Assembly (NCBI GenBank): GCA_963666285.1 | Contig: OY762711.1 | DNA from: Sedimentisphaerales bacterium | Lineage (GTDB): Bacteria; Planctomycetota; Phycisphaerae; Sedimentisphaerales; SM23-30 | Reading direction: 5' to 3' (one strand) | DNA: 64,000 nt | In this document: piece after piece, positions 48,039-58,020 of the stretch | Numbering within the stretch: position 1 is the first letter of the stretch | Layout: every line of letters starts with the position of its first letter | Position numbers and translations under genes: made by a program | Notes under the pieces: model-generated | What the model saw: the letters and a program-made list of their open reading frames with translations, nothing else | The model's database searches: none | Told to the model about the DNA's origin: nothing

Positions 48039-49430
48039 ATGTGGGAACTAATAAGAGCAAATAAAAAGAAATCTATCTTCCTAGTAGTCATAATGGCATT
48101 TATAATGCTGATTTTAGGCGCCTTAGTCGGACAGGCATTTGGCCTGTACGTCCATGCCGGTCACCTGGCAGGAGACACATTCAATACATACTCAGATGCC
48201 CTGGAAGGAAAAGATTTCACAAATACAGGTCCTTTTTCTTTGTCTGGATTTTTTAGATCATTTATCGATAATCCTTCCTGGATGATAGGCATGGGTATTG
48301 CTTTTATTATTTGGCTTATCCAGGCCCTGGTAGCCTATTATGCCGGCGGTAAGATAATGCTGGCAGCAAGCGGCGCCAAAGAAGTCAGCCACGACGTACA
48401 CCCAATGTTGTTTAACGTGGTTGATGAAATGACAATCGCGTCAGGAATAGGTAAAAGACCTAAGATATATATTATCCCTACTGAAGTGCCAAATGCTTTT
48501 GCTACTGGTACAAAACCGGAAAACGCCGCTGTTGCCGTTACCGCCGGTCTCCTGGGAAAACTCAATAGAGATGAACTTCAGGGCGTAATGGCGCACGAAA
48601 TCGGACATATTGCTAACAGGGATGTTATGTTCATGACAATGGTTAGTATTATGCTCGGTACCATTGTATTAATATCTGAAGTATTTCTTAGAGGCATTTT
48701 CTATTCCAGCCACAGCAGATATCGCGGCAAACGTGAAAATAACGGTGGCCAGGCCATCATAATGATTATTGCAGTTATTTTTGCTATTCTTGCTCCTATC
48801 ATTGCACAACTCGTTTATTTTGCTATAAGCAGAAAACGCGAATATCTGGCAGATGCTACCGCTGTTCGTTACACCCGATATCCAGAAGGGCTGGCCTCTG
48901 CACTTGAAAAAATCGCTGACAATTCTGGAAAAATTGAATCCGCGAACAAAATAACAGCCCCCATGTATATCAATAACCCTCTTAACAAAAGAAGCTTATC
49001 AGGGCTTACCAGCACACACCCCCCTATTGACAAAAGGATAGCTATCCTTAGAAAGCTTTCTGGTGACTCAGGATACAATGCCTATGAAAAGGCTTTTCAA
49101 AGTGTCACCCATTCCAGCTGTATCCCTGCCTCAGCTTTGGATGATTCAGATAATGTAACAACCAGGACTGCACAAACTACAACCCGGCCATTACCTTCAG
49201 ATAGCATCAATGCCGCACGCAGTACGGGTGATATGATCATGGCACTAAACAACTTTGCATTTATCAAATGTGCCTGTGGTGTTAAATTAAAAATTCCGCC
49301 GGATTTTAAGAAACCACAGGCAAAATGCCCCAAATGTAAAGCCATACATAAGATACCAAAGGAAAAACTTGCAGCGGCAGCAGCGATTCTTGCTTCTACC
49401 GGCAATAATATAACTGGAATGAATAAGTAA
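48039..49430 (+). CDS. htpX: HtpX-like M48 zinc metalloprotease with C-terminal Cys4 zinc-ribbon extension
   Basis: PNAFATG, ELQGVMAHEIGHI (HExxH), SRKREYLADA, LASALEKI, THPP; C-terminal CAC...CPKC. Adjacent to lemA, as is common. Confidence 0.88.
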   Translation: MWELIRANKKKSIFLVVIMAFIMLILGALVGQAFGLYVHAGHLAGDTFNTYSDALEGKDFTNTGPFSLSGFFRSFIDNPSWMIGMGIAFIIWLIQALVAYYAGGKIMLAASGAKEVSHDVHPMLFNVVDEMTIASGIGKRPKIYIIPTEVPNAFATGTKPENAAVAVTAGLLGKLNRDELQGVMAHEIGHIANRDVMFMTMVSIMLGTIVLISEVFLRGIFYSSHSRYRGKRENNGGQAIIMIIAVIFAILAPIIAQLVYFAISRKREYLADATAVRYTRYPEGLASALEKIADNSGKIESANKITAPMYINNPLNKRSLSGLTSTHPPIDKRIAILRKLSGDSGYNAYEKAFQSVTHSSCIPASALDDSDNVTTRTAQTTTRPLPSDSINAARSTGDMIMALNNFAFIKCACGVKLKIPPDFKKPQAKCPKCKAIHKIPKEKLAAAAAILASTGNNITGMNK

Positions 49431-49457
49431 TTTTATCCATTCCAGCACACTTAAGTA

Positions 49458-52400
49458 TTATTCAAATAAATTGGTTATTTCATCACCAGTCAGGCCTTTG
49501 TTATAAATTTTCACTTCATCAATTATCCCTTTGAAATAACCAACCGGGGTCTGAACTCCGGGTTCCATGTCGCTATCATATGCTCCAACCAGAACATCTT
49601 CTGTAAATGCGGTATCAATTACCGCATCTAAACCAGCGGCATTAGTCTCTATCTCTGCTCCATCAACATAAAGCTTAACCTGGTTTATATTGCCTGTACC
49701 ATCCGGTAGTACCATTGCCACATGATGCCAGGTACCATCTTCCAGATCTGAACCTCCATACAGTCGAGCACCGTAGATTGCCAATGACAATTGCCCGGCT
49801 GAATCCAGCATTAAAATCATCTTCCTTTTCAGATCAACTGAATCCCCTTTTCCCCACGACGCTATGGCATGTAAACCTGTTTCGCTGTTTGCCAGTTCTG
49901 CATCTGCATTTATCCAGGCGGTAATGGTTCTTGATTGAGCATCACCAATTCCGTAGAAATCTGCAACCTGAATATAATCGTCAACACCATCAAATGACAA
50001 GCCACCGTTAAAATATCCTGATATCCAGGCAGGACCATTCATAAGCTGAGCTGTTCGATGGTAAAGTGAACTTCCCAGGGCAACATCGCCGCCGGTTTCA
50101 TCGAACTTCAGATATAACTGTAAAGTATCATCTTCCACCCATGTTTGAGACATAATAGACATATCTGACAAGGAAACAGTATTATCACCGTCCAGACTGG
50201 CACCGTTACAGGCCGGAGTATCATCGCAATTATTTTGCAGCCATTGGGATGCCATGCCGGACAGATCTTCTATTCCCTGTGTTCCTGAATAGAGATTTGC
50301 CACCTCAATATGCAGTTGGGCAGTATCAAAAGAACCGGACTTATTATCAGCCCGAACGGTAAATGTATTAGTACCGGCATCTGAGTCACCTGCAATACCA
50401 GATAAAGAACCATCGGGAGATATATGCAGCCAGGACGGGCCAGATTCCTTAATAAAGTAAACATAATTTTCCGCATAAGCAGCCAGTGAAGTGCCAGTAT
50501 ATTCATTAAGCTCAATAGCATCTAAATTTACAATAGTATCTGAGGTAAATGATGGCGGAAGACTCAGCAAGGCAATCTCATCAACGCTTAATGCGTAATT
50601 ATATATACGAAAATCATCTATCCTGCCGTTAAATAACGGGTCTGAAGACCATTGGCTGTCACCTATATAATTAACCTGTGGATTGAAATCACTAGGATTA
50701 ATCGTCATTGAAGCATTTGTGGCTTTGAGAATACCATTTACATAAATACTACCAGTATCACCATTTATAGTTACTGCAACATGTGTCCATGCACCAGTTG
50801 ATAATCCAGTGGTTTCTACTAGCTGTTCCGATCCTCCATTTTTGAAAGCGAATCTTAAAGTATTGCTCGAAGATGAAGGTGTCAGAAACATATAGCTGGA
50901 AGTTCCATTACCAAAATCAAATATACGCTGCCAGTTGCTGCCGCCATCCCAATACACCCAGGTTGCGATAGAAATATTCTCAGTATCAAAAATGCCAGCC
51001 GGTAAAATAACATAGTCACTTGAGCCATCAAGATCTATCGCTGTCCCTATCTTGCCAGTTGTATAGCCTGGTGAACCAACGGAAGTTCCATCATTTGATC
51101 CAGCAATATCTTTATCATTACCATCAAAAGGATATTCAGCAATCATTGAATAAATATAATCAACTGATATATTCAATATAGCTTGATCAAAGCCAAATTT
51201 ACCATCAGACACTCTGATAATAAATGTATTAAGGCCTGAATCCGTTACCGTGGGAGTACCTGATAGAGTCCCATCCACGGCAACATCCAACCAGGCTGGA
51301 CCAGATATTTTACTGAATGAAATCTCATCTGAATTATCTGAATCTGCTGCAAAGCCCGATATATCCCCCGAATAAGGAAAATCAGGAGTAGCGTCTCCGC
51401 CATCTAAAACGTCTAAACTAAACTGAGGAGCATGATTTAAGTATATTTCAGATATTTTAGATGCTGAAAGGGCATAATCAGCAAAAAATACATTGTCAAG
51501 CATTCCATCAAAAAGAGGATCTGCATCAAACTGGCTTTTACCAATATAATTATTTACAGCACTAAGGTTTGAAGGATTCAAAGTTATTGTTTCTACATCA
51601 ACTTGTGAGCCGTTTACATAAAGACGACCAACATTACCTTCAAGAGTAACAGCCACATGCGTCCATTTCCCAACTGGAAACGACCCCGACTCTAATCGCT
51701 GCTCACCATTATACCCTGAAGTAGAAATTGCAAATCTTAATTGAGAACTATACGCACTAGGAGTAATAAACATATAATTACTGGTACCGGAACCAAAGTC
51801 AAATACACGCTGCCACTGTGATCCGCCATTCCAATAAACCCACCCGGAAAATGAGAAGTCATCACTATTACCCATATTAGTTGGCAATCTGAGATAATCA
51901 TCATTACCATCTAATACAATAGCGTTGCCATCTTTACCTTCAGGCTTTTTGGGAGCTCCATATACTAATGGATGATTCCCATTTACTGAGATATCTCTAA
52001 AATTATCATCAAATAAATAGAAAGCAATTGCTTTTGAACCATTATCAGGAACCTCCTGCTGATACCCTATAGAAGATATTTTATCCCGATACACTTCACC
52101 GGCCGAGGTTAAAGAACCATCATCCCATTCAACCCTGCGTACATCTTCTACCCAGTTATACAAAGCATATCGTTCAACCCATGGAGTACTCTCAAGCATA
52201 TCAACCATAGCACTAATTGCAGCTGCCTGCTGGGCATACGTCGGATCACTACAATAATCTTGAGTCCAGTTAGCTCCGTTATTCCATTCTGTAACCCAGA
52301 TCGGCCTTCCGGTATTATCATGAACTGCCTTTAAATAATTATACATCTGGGTAGCTGCTCCGCTTGCATTTGAAGGGCTATAACACCAGTAATAATGAAC

Positions 52401-53465
52401 AGCAACAAAGTCTACCCTGAGATCATCTGTGTCAGCCTGTTCAATAAAAGGATACAACCAGCTTTCTCGTCCACCATCAGTTGTAGCTGGTGAACCAAGT
52501 CGTAAACCTGTTGCAAGCAAATCCGGCCATGACCAGATTGCATCACCAACAGCAATATTTGCCTGATCTGAGCTATCAGGCTCATTATACCCTAACAAAT
52601 GCGTCGCCCCACGAGTTTTCCAGTCCTGAGACAACTCCGGCCACCATCTCTTTTGACGGATAGGGACATATTCTTTATCTAAAGGGGAATTCTGGTCAAG
52701 ATTCCAATCATACCACCATTTAATATCTAAATTAGAACCAATATTACCGGCAATCCCTTTTTTACTAACCCATCGCCAGGGAAAGATTCTAATAAATCTT
52801 ACCTGCCCCTTAAGCTTTTCAGGTAAAACTCCTATTTCAAGGTCACAATCCTGGGCAACATAATTTTTGCTATAGCCTGAACCATCTTCGTTTTGGGCGA
52901 AGGTAGCGGTATACCCTCTTTTTAATATGAATGAACTAATTGTAGATGACATAGAACCCAAAGAAGCTGTGCCATATTCAGTATATTGACTAAGATACCT
53001 GAAAGAGCCGGCAAAATTGTCTTCGTCAAATATCTGCAAAGGCATAAAATCTGTTGAATGCGGTATAATAACAGCACCATCGGCATACTGCACAACTCGA
53101 ACATTGTTATTAATAACACCCTGACTGCCATTTACTTTAACCTGGCCAAGGTACGATGATGCCGCAACAGATGGTATAATATTTTCCAAAAACAGCCAGG
53201 AATCTTCTGAGTTAAGATTAATAGTGCATCCGCTAAGCGGGGAAGTTGCATTAGTAACATGCAACTCTGAAACCTCGCTCATATCTACTACCGTATCAGT
53301 TAAACTGGCATAAACCCGTATATCATCTGAAATAGATATTGTTGCAGCTGATACACTTAATGTTAACAAACAAATAATTATTAATATGTTTTTTATATTG
53401 AATAATACAGAATTGTAATATGTATTATTTTTATTTTTACTTATTCTATCCATCTCTATTCTCAC
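49458..53465 (-). CDS. Secreted multidomain glycoside hydrolase: crystallin-like + GH128-like (clan GH-A) catalytic domain + 3 LamG + 2 Ig/cadherin-like + internal dockerin-like
   Basis: LLGYNEPD and IWVTEWN catalytic motifs, VDFVAVHYY; WQRxFDFG LamG domains; GPxWL...DGxLSG Ig domains. Start may be ATG 53453. Confidence 0.8.
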   Translation of the reverse strand: MRIEMDRISKNKNNTYYNSVLFNIKNILIIICLLTLSVSAATISISDDIRVYASLTDTVVDMSEVSELHVTNATSPLSGCTINLNSEDSWLFLENIIPSVAASSYLGQVKVNGSQGVINNNVRVVQYADGAVIIPHSTDFMPLQIFDEDNFAGSFRYLSQYTEYGTASLGSMSSTISSFILKRGYTATFAQNEDGSGYSKNYVAQDCDLEIGVLPEKLKGQVRFIRIFPWRWVSKKGIAGNIGSNLDIKWWYDWNLDQNSPLDKEYVPIRQKRWWPELSQDWKTRGATHLLGYNEPDSSDQANIAVGDAIWSWPDLLATGLRLGSPATTDGGRESWLYPFIEQADTDDLRVDFVAVHYYWCYSPSNASGAATQMYNYLKAVHDNTGRPIWVTEWNNGANWTQDYCSDPTYAQQAAAISAMVDMLESTPWVERYALYNWVEDVRRVEWDDGSLTSAGEVYRDKISSIGYQQEVPDNGSKAIAFYLFDDNFRDISVNGNHPLVYGAPKKPEGKDGNAIVLDGNDDYLRLPTNMGNSDDFSFSGWVYWNGGSQWQRVFDFGSGTSNYMFITPSAYSSQLRFAISTSGYNGEQRLESGSFPVGKWTHVAVTLEGNVGRLYVNGSQVDVETITLNPSNLSAVNNYIGKSQFDADPLFDGMLDNVFFADYALSASKISEIYLNHAPQFSLDVLDGGDATPDFPYSGDISGFAADSDNSDEISFSKISGPAWLDVAVDGTLSGTPTVTDSGLNTFIIRVSDGKFGFDQAILNISVDYIYSMIAEYPFDGNDKDIAGSNDGTSVGSPGYTTGKIGTAIDLDGSSDYVILPAGIFDTENISIATWVYWDGGSNWQRIFDFGNGTSSYMFLTPSSSSNTLRFAFKNGGSEQLVETTGLSTGAWTHVAVTINGDTGSIYVNGILKATNASMTINPSDFNPQVNYIGDSQWSSDPLFNGRIDDFRIYNYALSVDEIALLSLPPSFTSDTIVNLDAIELNEYTGTSLAAYAENYVYFIKESGPSWLHISPDGSLSGIAGDSDAGTNTFTVRADNKSGSFDTAQLHIEVANLYSGTQGIEDLSGMASQWLQNNCDDTPACNGASLDGDNTVSLSDMSIMSQTWVEDDTLQLYLKFDETGGDVALGSSLYHRTAQLMNGPAWISGYFNGGLSFDGVDDYIQVADFYGIGDAQSRTITAWINADAELANSETGLHAIASWGKGDSVDLKRKMILMLDSAGQLSLAIYGARLYGGSDLEDGTWHHVAMVLPDGTGNINQVKLYVDGAEIETNAAGLDAVIDTAFTEDVLVGAYDSDMEPGVQTPVGYFKGIIDEVKIYNKGLTGDEITNLFE

Positions 53466-53479
53466 TCCAGTTAAAAATA

Positions 53480-56400
53480 TTATTTCAAAATTCTCAAATC
53501 AAAGATACCGCCTGCATAATTGCCATTATGAGGCTTGAATTTTATAGTAACTACAGATTTCCCACCCACTAATGATGCAGAGATAGGATATACAACATCA
53601 ACAAACTCCTCTTTTGACCACTTTTTAATGAGATTTTCTGTTACTAGTTTATTATCGTCGATAAATATGTCAAAAGTCCTATTGCCCCACTCATTCCCCC
53701 AATAAGTAACCATCAAAGACAGCTCCTCATTCGGATCAACTTTTACATCATAACTAAACCAGGCTGGTGCATTAGCATGCCTGAAAAATCTATTCCTGTA
53801 AGTACCAGACTCCGACCCGCTTGATTGAATATTGTGATCTGCTTCTGGCTGCTGCTCCCCAGGAATAACCCTGTCAATTGTTCTTTTATCCAACTTTATA
53901 AGCTTCTGTTCTTCCATATCAGCTTTAACTATTTCATTCTGATACTGCTCCATTGGCAGCATTTTCCAGTACATTTCATACCTGGAATCATGGATACGGA
54001 AAAATGGCTCTAATACCAGGTCTTTATACTTGTCAGGCTTAATCAGATTCTCAGTTATAAATTTAAGGCCAGTCTGACTCTTAATTTTTCTTATCTTTGA
54101 CTGAATCTGCTTACCATCATCAATAAGAACAGGAGCTTCAGACAAAGGAAGCAACTCACCATGTGCAATATGAGCCCATCTGCTATCGTCAGCAACAAGC
54201 CCTTTCAAATCTTCTGTTCCCGTTTTAGCTGCTAAAACAATTGGACCATATAAAATTGCCACATATTCAGGAACATTTGGCATTTGCTCAATTTTGTAAT
54301 TCATTGGAAATACAACTTCTAACCTATCGCCATTTTGCCAGAGCCTGTCTATTTCAGCAAAAGAGGAAGGCTTAGAATCCGGGTTCCAGATTCTATCTCC
54401 CAGCTTAAACTGCAGTTGGCCAGCCGGAACCCATTCAGGATGACGTATTTTCAAGACAAATCTGGTAGGAGCATCAACAGAAATAGTCAAGCTAGTTGAA
54501 GGTTCATCTGGAAAATTCGTCTCCTGGCGAATAGTAATACCTTTTTCGTCCCAATTCAGCTGAGAAGCAATAAATAAGTTAACGTACAAATTATCTTCTT
54601 GATGACAATAGATAAAGCGGCCATATTGGCCATGATTTTCCATACCCGTGCCAACACAACACCACATACCCTGGTTTGGAGCAGAGTAAACTCGATAATG
54701 CCTTGGTCGTGCCGGGGTAAAATATACATAACCGCCATGTTCTGGATGCTGGGTAGAAAGAATATGATTAAATAAAGCACGTTCATAGTAATCAACATAC
54801 TTTACATCTTGATCCATACGGAATAGTCCTTCTGATAACTTTAGCATGTTATGAGTATTACATGACTCCGGCCCTTCACGTTCCTCTACCATTTCCATGC
54901 ATGCATCGGCAGCCGGAAAATGTTCACGGCGACTATTTCCACCAAATGCAAGTGTCCGATTCTGAACTACAGTTTGCCAGAAAAATTGGGCCGCTTTACC
55001 ATATATATCTCCGCCGCCAAGTTCGGCAATTCGCTGAAAACCTATCGCTTTTGGAACCTGGGTATTGGCATGTTTATTATCAAGTGAATCTACACCTTGG
55101 GACATTGGAGTAAGAAGCTGCCGATGAGAAAAACGCTTTGCCAGTTCCAGGTATTTTAGATCACCAGTAATAGCGGCAACATCCGCCAGGACTTCATTCA
55201 TACCGCCATATTCCTGGTCCATCATTCTTTCCATTTGTTCGCTGGAAAAATCTTTTAAGAGAACATATGACCAATCTGCAAACTTGATAAGCATTTCTTT
55301 TGCTTTTTCATTTTTAGCAAATATCCAGGCATCTCTTAAACCATTATAAGTTTTATGAATATTGTACCATGGAACCCAATATTTATGAGTTGCCATAGGA
55401 TCGCCCGCACTAACCTTACTCCAAAGCTGGCGACTGCCCGGAACTCCGCCAAGATAGCCATTACCATTAGCTTTCTGACAGGTTTCCAGCTCATCAAGCA
55501 TATATTCCATCCTGCGTTTACATTCCTTATTGCCGGTTGAAGCAGTATATATGGCCATCGCAGACAAATAGTGGCCACCTACATGCCCATCAAGACCAAT
55601 CCAGTTTGGATAACTCTCTGCTTTGGGCTGAAGTCCGGCTTCTTTAAGATAAGGAGCAAGCAATCTGTCAACATCATATTGCAACAGATGGTCAAGGTTA
55701 ACATCCTGGGCATGCTTAAACGGACCGTCCAACACCCTCACCTGATCAAGGCGAAACTCACTGATATTACTCGAAGCCTTCTTCTTATTATCAACAGGAA
55801 CAATGCCGGCATGAGTTGGCTTACTTCTGAGAATTTTTCCCGAATCATCAAATTCGAGCATATCAATGCAAGTTTCTCTATGAAAACCAGCCGAACGTCC
55901 CATCTTAATTCCTTCGGGATAAGTAAAACGATGATATACTATATACCATTCATCTTTTCCTGGAATCTGAATAGTAGAATTGTGGCCGGTAGCATAAATC
56001 CCTTGTGTAGGATCTTTTGCTATAACAAGATTATCCTGCGGAATTTCCAACGGGCCAAGAGGAGAATCTGCTATTGCATAACGAACCCTGTAATTTTCAC
56101 TGCGAGTATCATCCTCAGACCACAGGAAGTAATATTTACCTTTTCTATATAAAACGTGAGTCCCCTCACGGAAAGTTCGGTCAGGGGTCAATATCTTAAT
56201 ATCACCTTTAAGTGAAACCATATCGTCATTCAGCTCTGCCGCGGCCATATATCCATTACCCCAGTACAAGTAATATTTACCTGTTTGAGGATCACAGAAA
56301 ACATCTGGATCAATCTCCTGACCACGATTAATACCTGCAGGGTGAGAACTGATTAGAGCTTTGCCGCTATCGACAAAAGGACCTGCCGGATCATCTGCAA

Positions 56401-57955
56401 CTGCTACACCAACCTTTTGTGCCGCGGTAAAATAATAATAATATTTATACTCACCCTCGACATCTTTTTCGATAATACATGGTGCCCATGCATTTCTGTC
56501 AGCCCATGAAACATCTTTATTGAGGTCAAGAATTATACCTTCATCTGTCCAGTCAACCAGGTTGTCAGAAGAAAATGCCTTAAAATATGTGCCAGACCAG
56601 CCATCAAAACCATCACTGGTTGGATATATATAGTACTTACCCGTTTTATTGGAGTAGATTATATCAGGGTCAGCATAATAACCATCTAATACCGGATTAT
56701 GCCAGATACTGACAGAAACAGTAAAATCTTCCTTTTTTCGTCCGTTGAGTTTAGCGGTATAAAGAATAGGACCTTTAGAAAAATCAACAGCCCCCTTAGG
56801 ATCAATCTCCATATCAAAAATCGAATTAAATCCTGGATCAAAACTGGAGATATCAGTTCCGCTCTTCACAGGCAAATGTAAATCATTACTGCCTGTTAAA
56901 TTGACATTCAGTTTCTTTATTGAATCTGATTCTGCACTAATAAATAAATGCCTGAAATCACCCCATTTATCAACCAGTCGTGAATATTCTTCCCGTGTAA
57001 TTGGCATAACAGTTCCATGACGAGGATGAAAATCCATAGAAATATTATGATCAATAACATCGAAATTAAGTAAATCAGAACTACGTGTAAACTGATACCT
57101 GCCGCTGGTATACATATCATACATAAGTATCCAGTCATCACTATTATTTAACTTGAATATACCGGAACCTTCAACCGGCCTTCGAGAGCAGTCCATTCGT
57201 TTGTTACTGTATAACTTGTAGCCTTCGGTCAACTTGTCAGAAATAGCCAGTTTTATTCCAGGATCACCATCTTCTGCTTTATAGAACAGATAATATTGAC
57301 CATCCCTGGGAATTATATCCCCATCAATACAAGCTCTGGTATTGCTTTCAGAAGGTGGATAATACAACTGCCGGGGAGCAGATTCAAAACCGGTAAAATC
57401 CATATTCGCATACGCGTAATAGATAACATCAGGATCATTTCCTTCTTTCATAGAAAAATAAACCAAATATTTGTCTTTTTCACTATCATATATAGTTTGA
57501 GGAGCCCAAACCCTGTGTACTTTACCAAACTCATCTGGATAAGTTTCCGGAATATTAACTATTGACGACTGCCAGTTGATAAGGTCTGTGGACTTCATCA
57601 ATACCATCGCAAAATTACTCCAACCCATCTTTGGAACATACAAATCGGTAGCTACCATATAAAAAGTCTTGCCGTCATTACATCGCAAAACATGCGGATC
57701 ACGAACACCTCCTGAAGAGCTGATATCTTTCGATTCAATAATTGGATTATTGTTATTTAATGCTTTATAAGAAAAACCGTCAGGACTGACAGCAAATCTT
57801 ATCTGCTCCTCACCAGGACCATTGCCAACAAAGTAAGTAAATAAATAAGCAGAATAACCATTATCTACAGCAGCAGCAACATTAGTCACAGATACAAAAG
57901 CAGTAACTATTGTCAGCAGCATCAAAATACTTTTTAGTTTATTCTTGATCGTCAT
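53480..57955 (-). CDS. Trimodular glycoside hydrolase GH43 + GH43 + GH127/GH146 (beta-L-arabinofuranosidase-like) with C-terminal accessory domains
   Basis: GVRDPH/VWAPQ/CIDGD/EG (GH43 #1); YYADPD/AWAP/IDPD/FREG/TGHNS (GH43 #2); LDGHVGGHYLSA, HANTQVPK, ESCNTHNMLKLS, WCCVGTG (GH127/146). Confidence 0.9.
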   Translation of the reverse strand: MTIKNKLKSILMLLTIVTAFVSVTNVAAAVDNGYSAYLFTYFVGNGPGEEQIRFAVSPDGFSYKALNNNNPIIESKDISSSGGVRDPHVLRCNDGKTFYMVATDLYVPKMGWSNFAMVLMKSTDLINWQSSIVNIPETYPDEFGKVHRVWAPQTIYDSEKDKYLVYFSMKEGNDPDVIYYAYANMDFTGFESAPRQLYYPPSESNTRACIDGDIIPRDGQYYLFYKAEDGDPGIKLAISDKLTEGYKLYSNKRMDCSRRPVEGSGIFKLNNSDDWILMYDMYTSGRYQFTRSSDLLNFDVIDHNISMDFHPRHGTVMPITREEYSRLVDKWGDFRHLFISAESDSIKKLNVNLTGSNDLHLPVKSGTDISSFDPGFNSIFDMEIDPKGAVDFSKGPILYTAKLNGRKKEDFTVSVSIWHNPVLDGYYADPDIIYSNKTGKYYIYPTSDGFDGWSGTYFKAFSSDNLVDWTDEGIILDLNKDVSWADRNAWAPCIIEKDVEGEYKYYYYFTAAQKVGVAVADDPAGPFVDSGKALISSHPAGINRGQEIDPDVFCDPQTGKYYLYWGNGYMAAAELNDDMVSLKGDIKILTPDRTFREGTHVLYRKGKYYFLWSEDDTRSENYRVRYAIADSPLGPLEIPQDNLVIAKDPTQGIYATGHNSTIQIPGKDEWYIVYHRFTYPEGIKMGRSAGFHRETCIDMLEFDDSGKILRSKPTHAGIVPVDNKKKASSNISEFRLDQVRVLDGPFKHAQDVNLDHLLQYDVDRLLAPYLKEAGLQPKAESYPNWIGLDGHVGGHYLSAMAIYTASTGNKECKRRMEYMLDELETCQKANGNGYLGGVPGSRQLWSKVSAGDPMATHKYWVPWYNIHKTYNGLRDAWIFAKNEKAKEMLIKFADWSYVLLKDFSSEQMERMMDQEYGGMNEVLADVAAITGDLKYLELAKRFSHRQLLTPMSQGVDSLDNKHANTQVPKAIGFQRIAELGGGDIYGKAAQFFWQTVVQNRTLAFGGNSRREHFPAADACMEMVEEREGPESCNTHNMLKLSEGLFRMDQDVKYVDYYERALFNHILSTQHPEHGGYVYFTPARPRHYRVYSAPNQGMWCCVGTGMENHGQYGRFIYCHQEDNLYVNLFIASQLNWDEKGITIRQETNFPDEPSTSLTISVDAPTRFVLKIRHPEWVPAGQLQFKLGDRIWNPDSKPSSFAEIDRLWQNGDRLEVVFPMNYKIEQMPNVPEYVAILYGPIVLAAKTGTEDLKGLVADDSRWAHIAHGELLPLSEAPVLIDDGKQIQSKIRKIKSQTGLKFITENLIKPDKYKDLVLEPFFRIHDSRYEMYWKMLPMEQYQNEIVKADMEEQKLIKLDKRTIDRVIPGEQQPEADHNIQSSGSESGTYRNRFFRHANAPAWFSYDVKVDPNEELSLMVTYWGNEWGNRTFDIFIDDNKLVTENLIKKWSKEEFVDVVYPISASLVGGKSVVTIKFKPHNGNYAGGIFDLRILK

Positions 57956-58020
57956 ATTATTTCATTCGCTCCATTTCGTATAGTATTTCTCTGTCGTATT
58001 TATTCTTGTTTCTAACGCAT

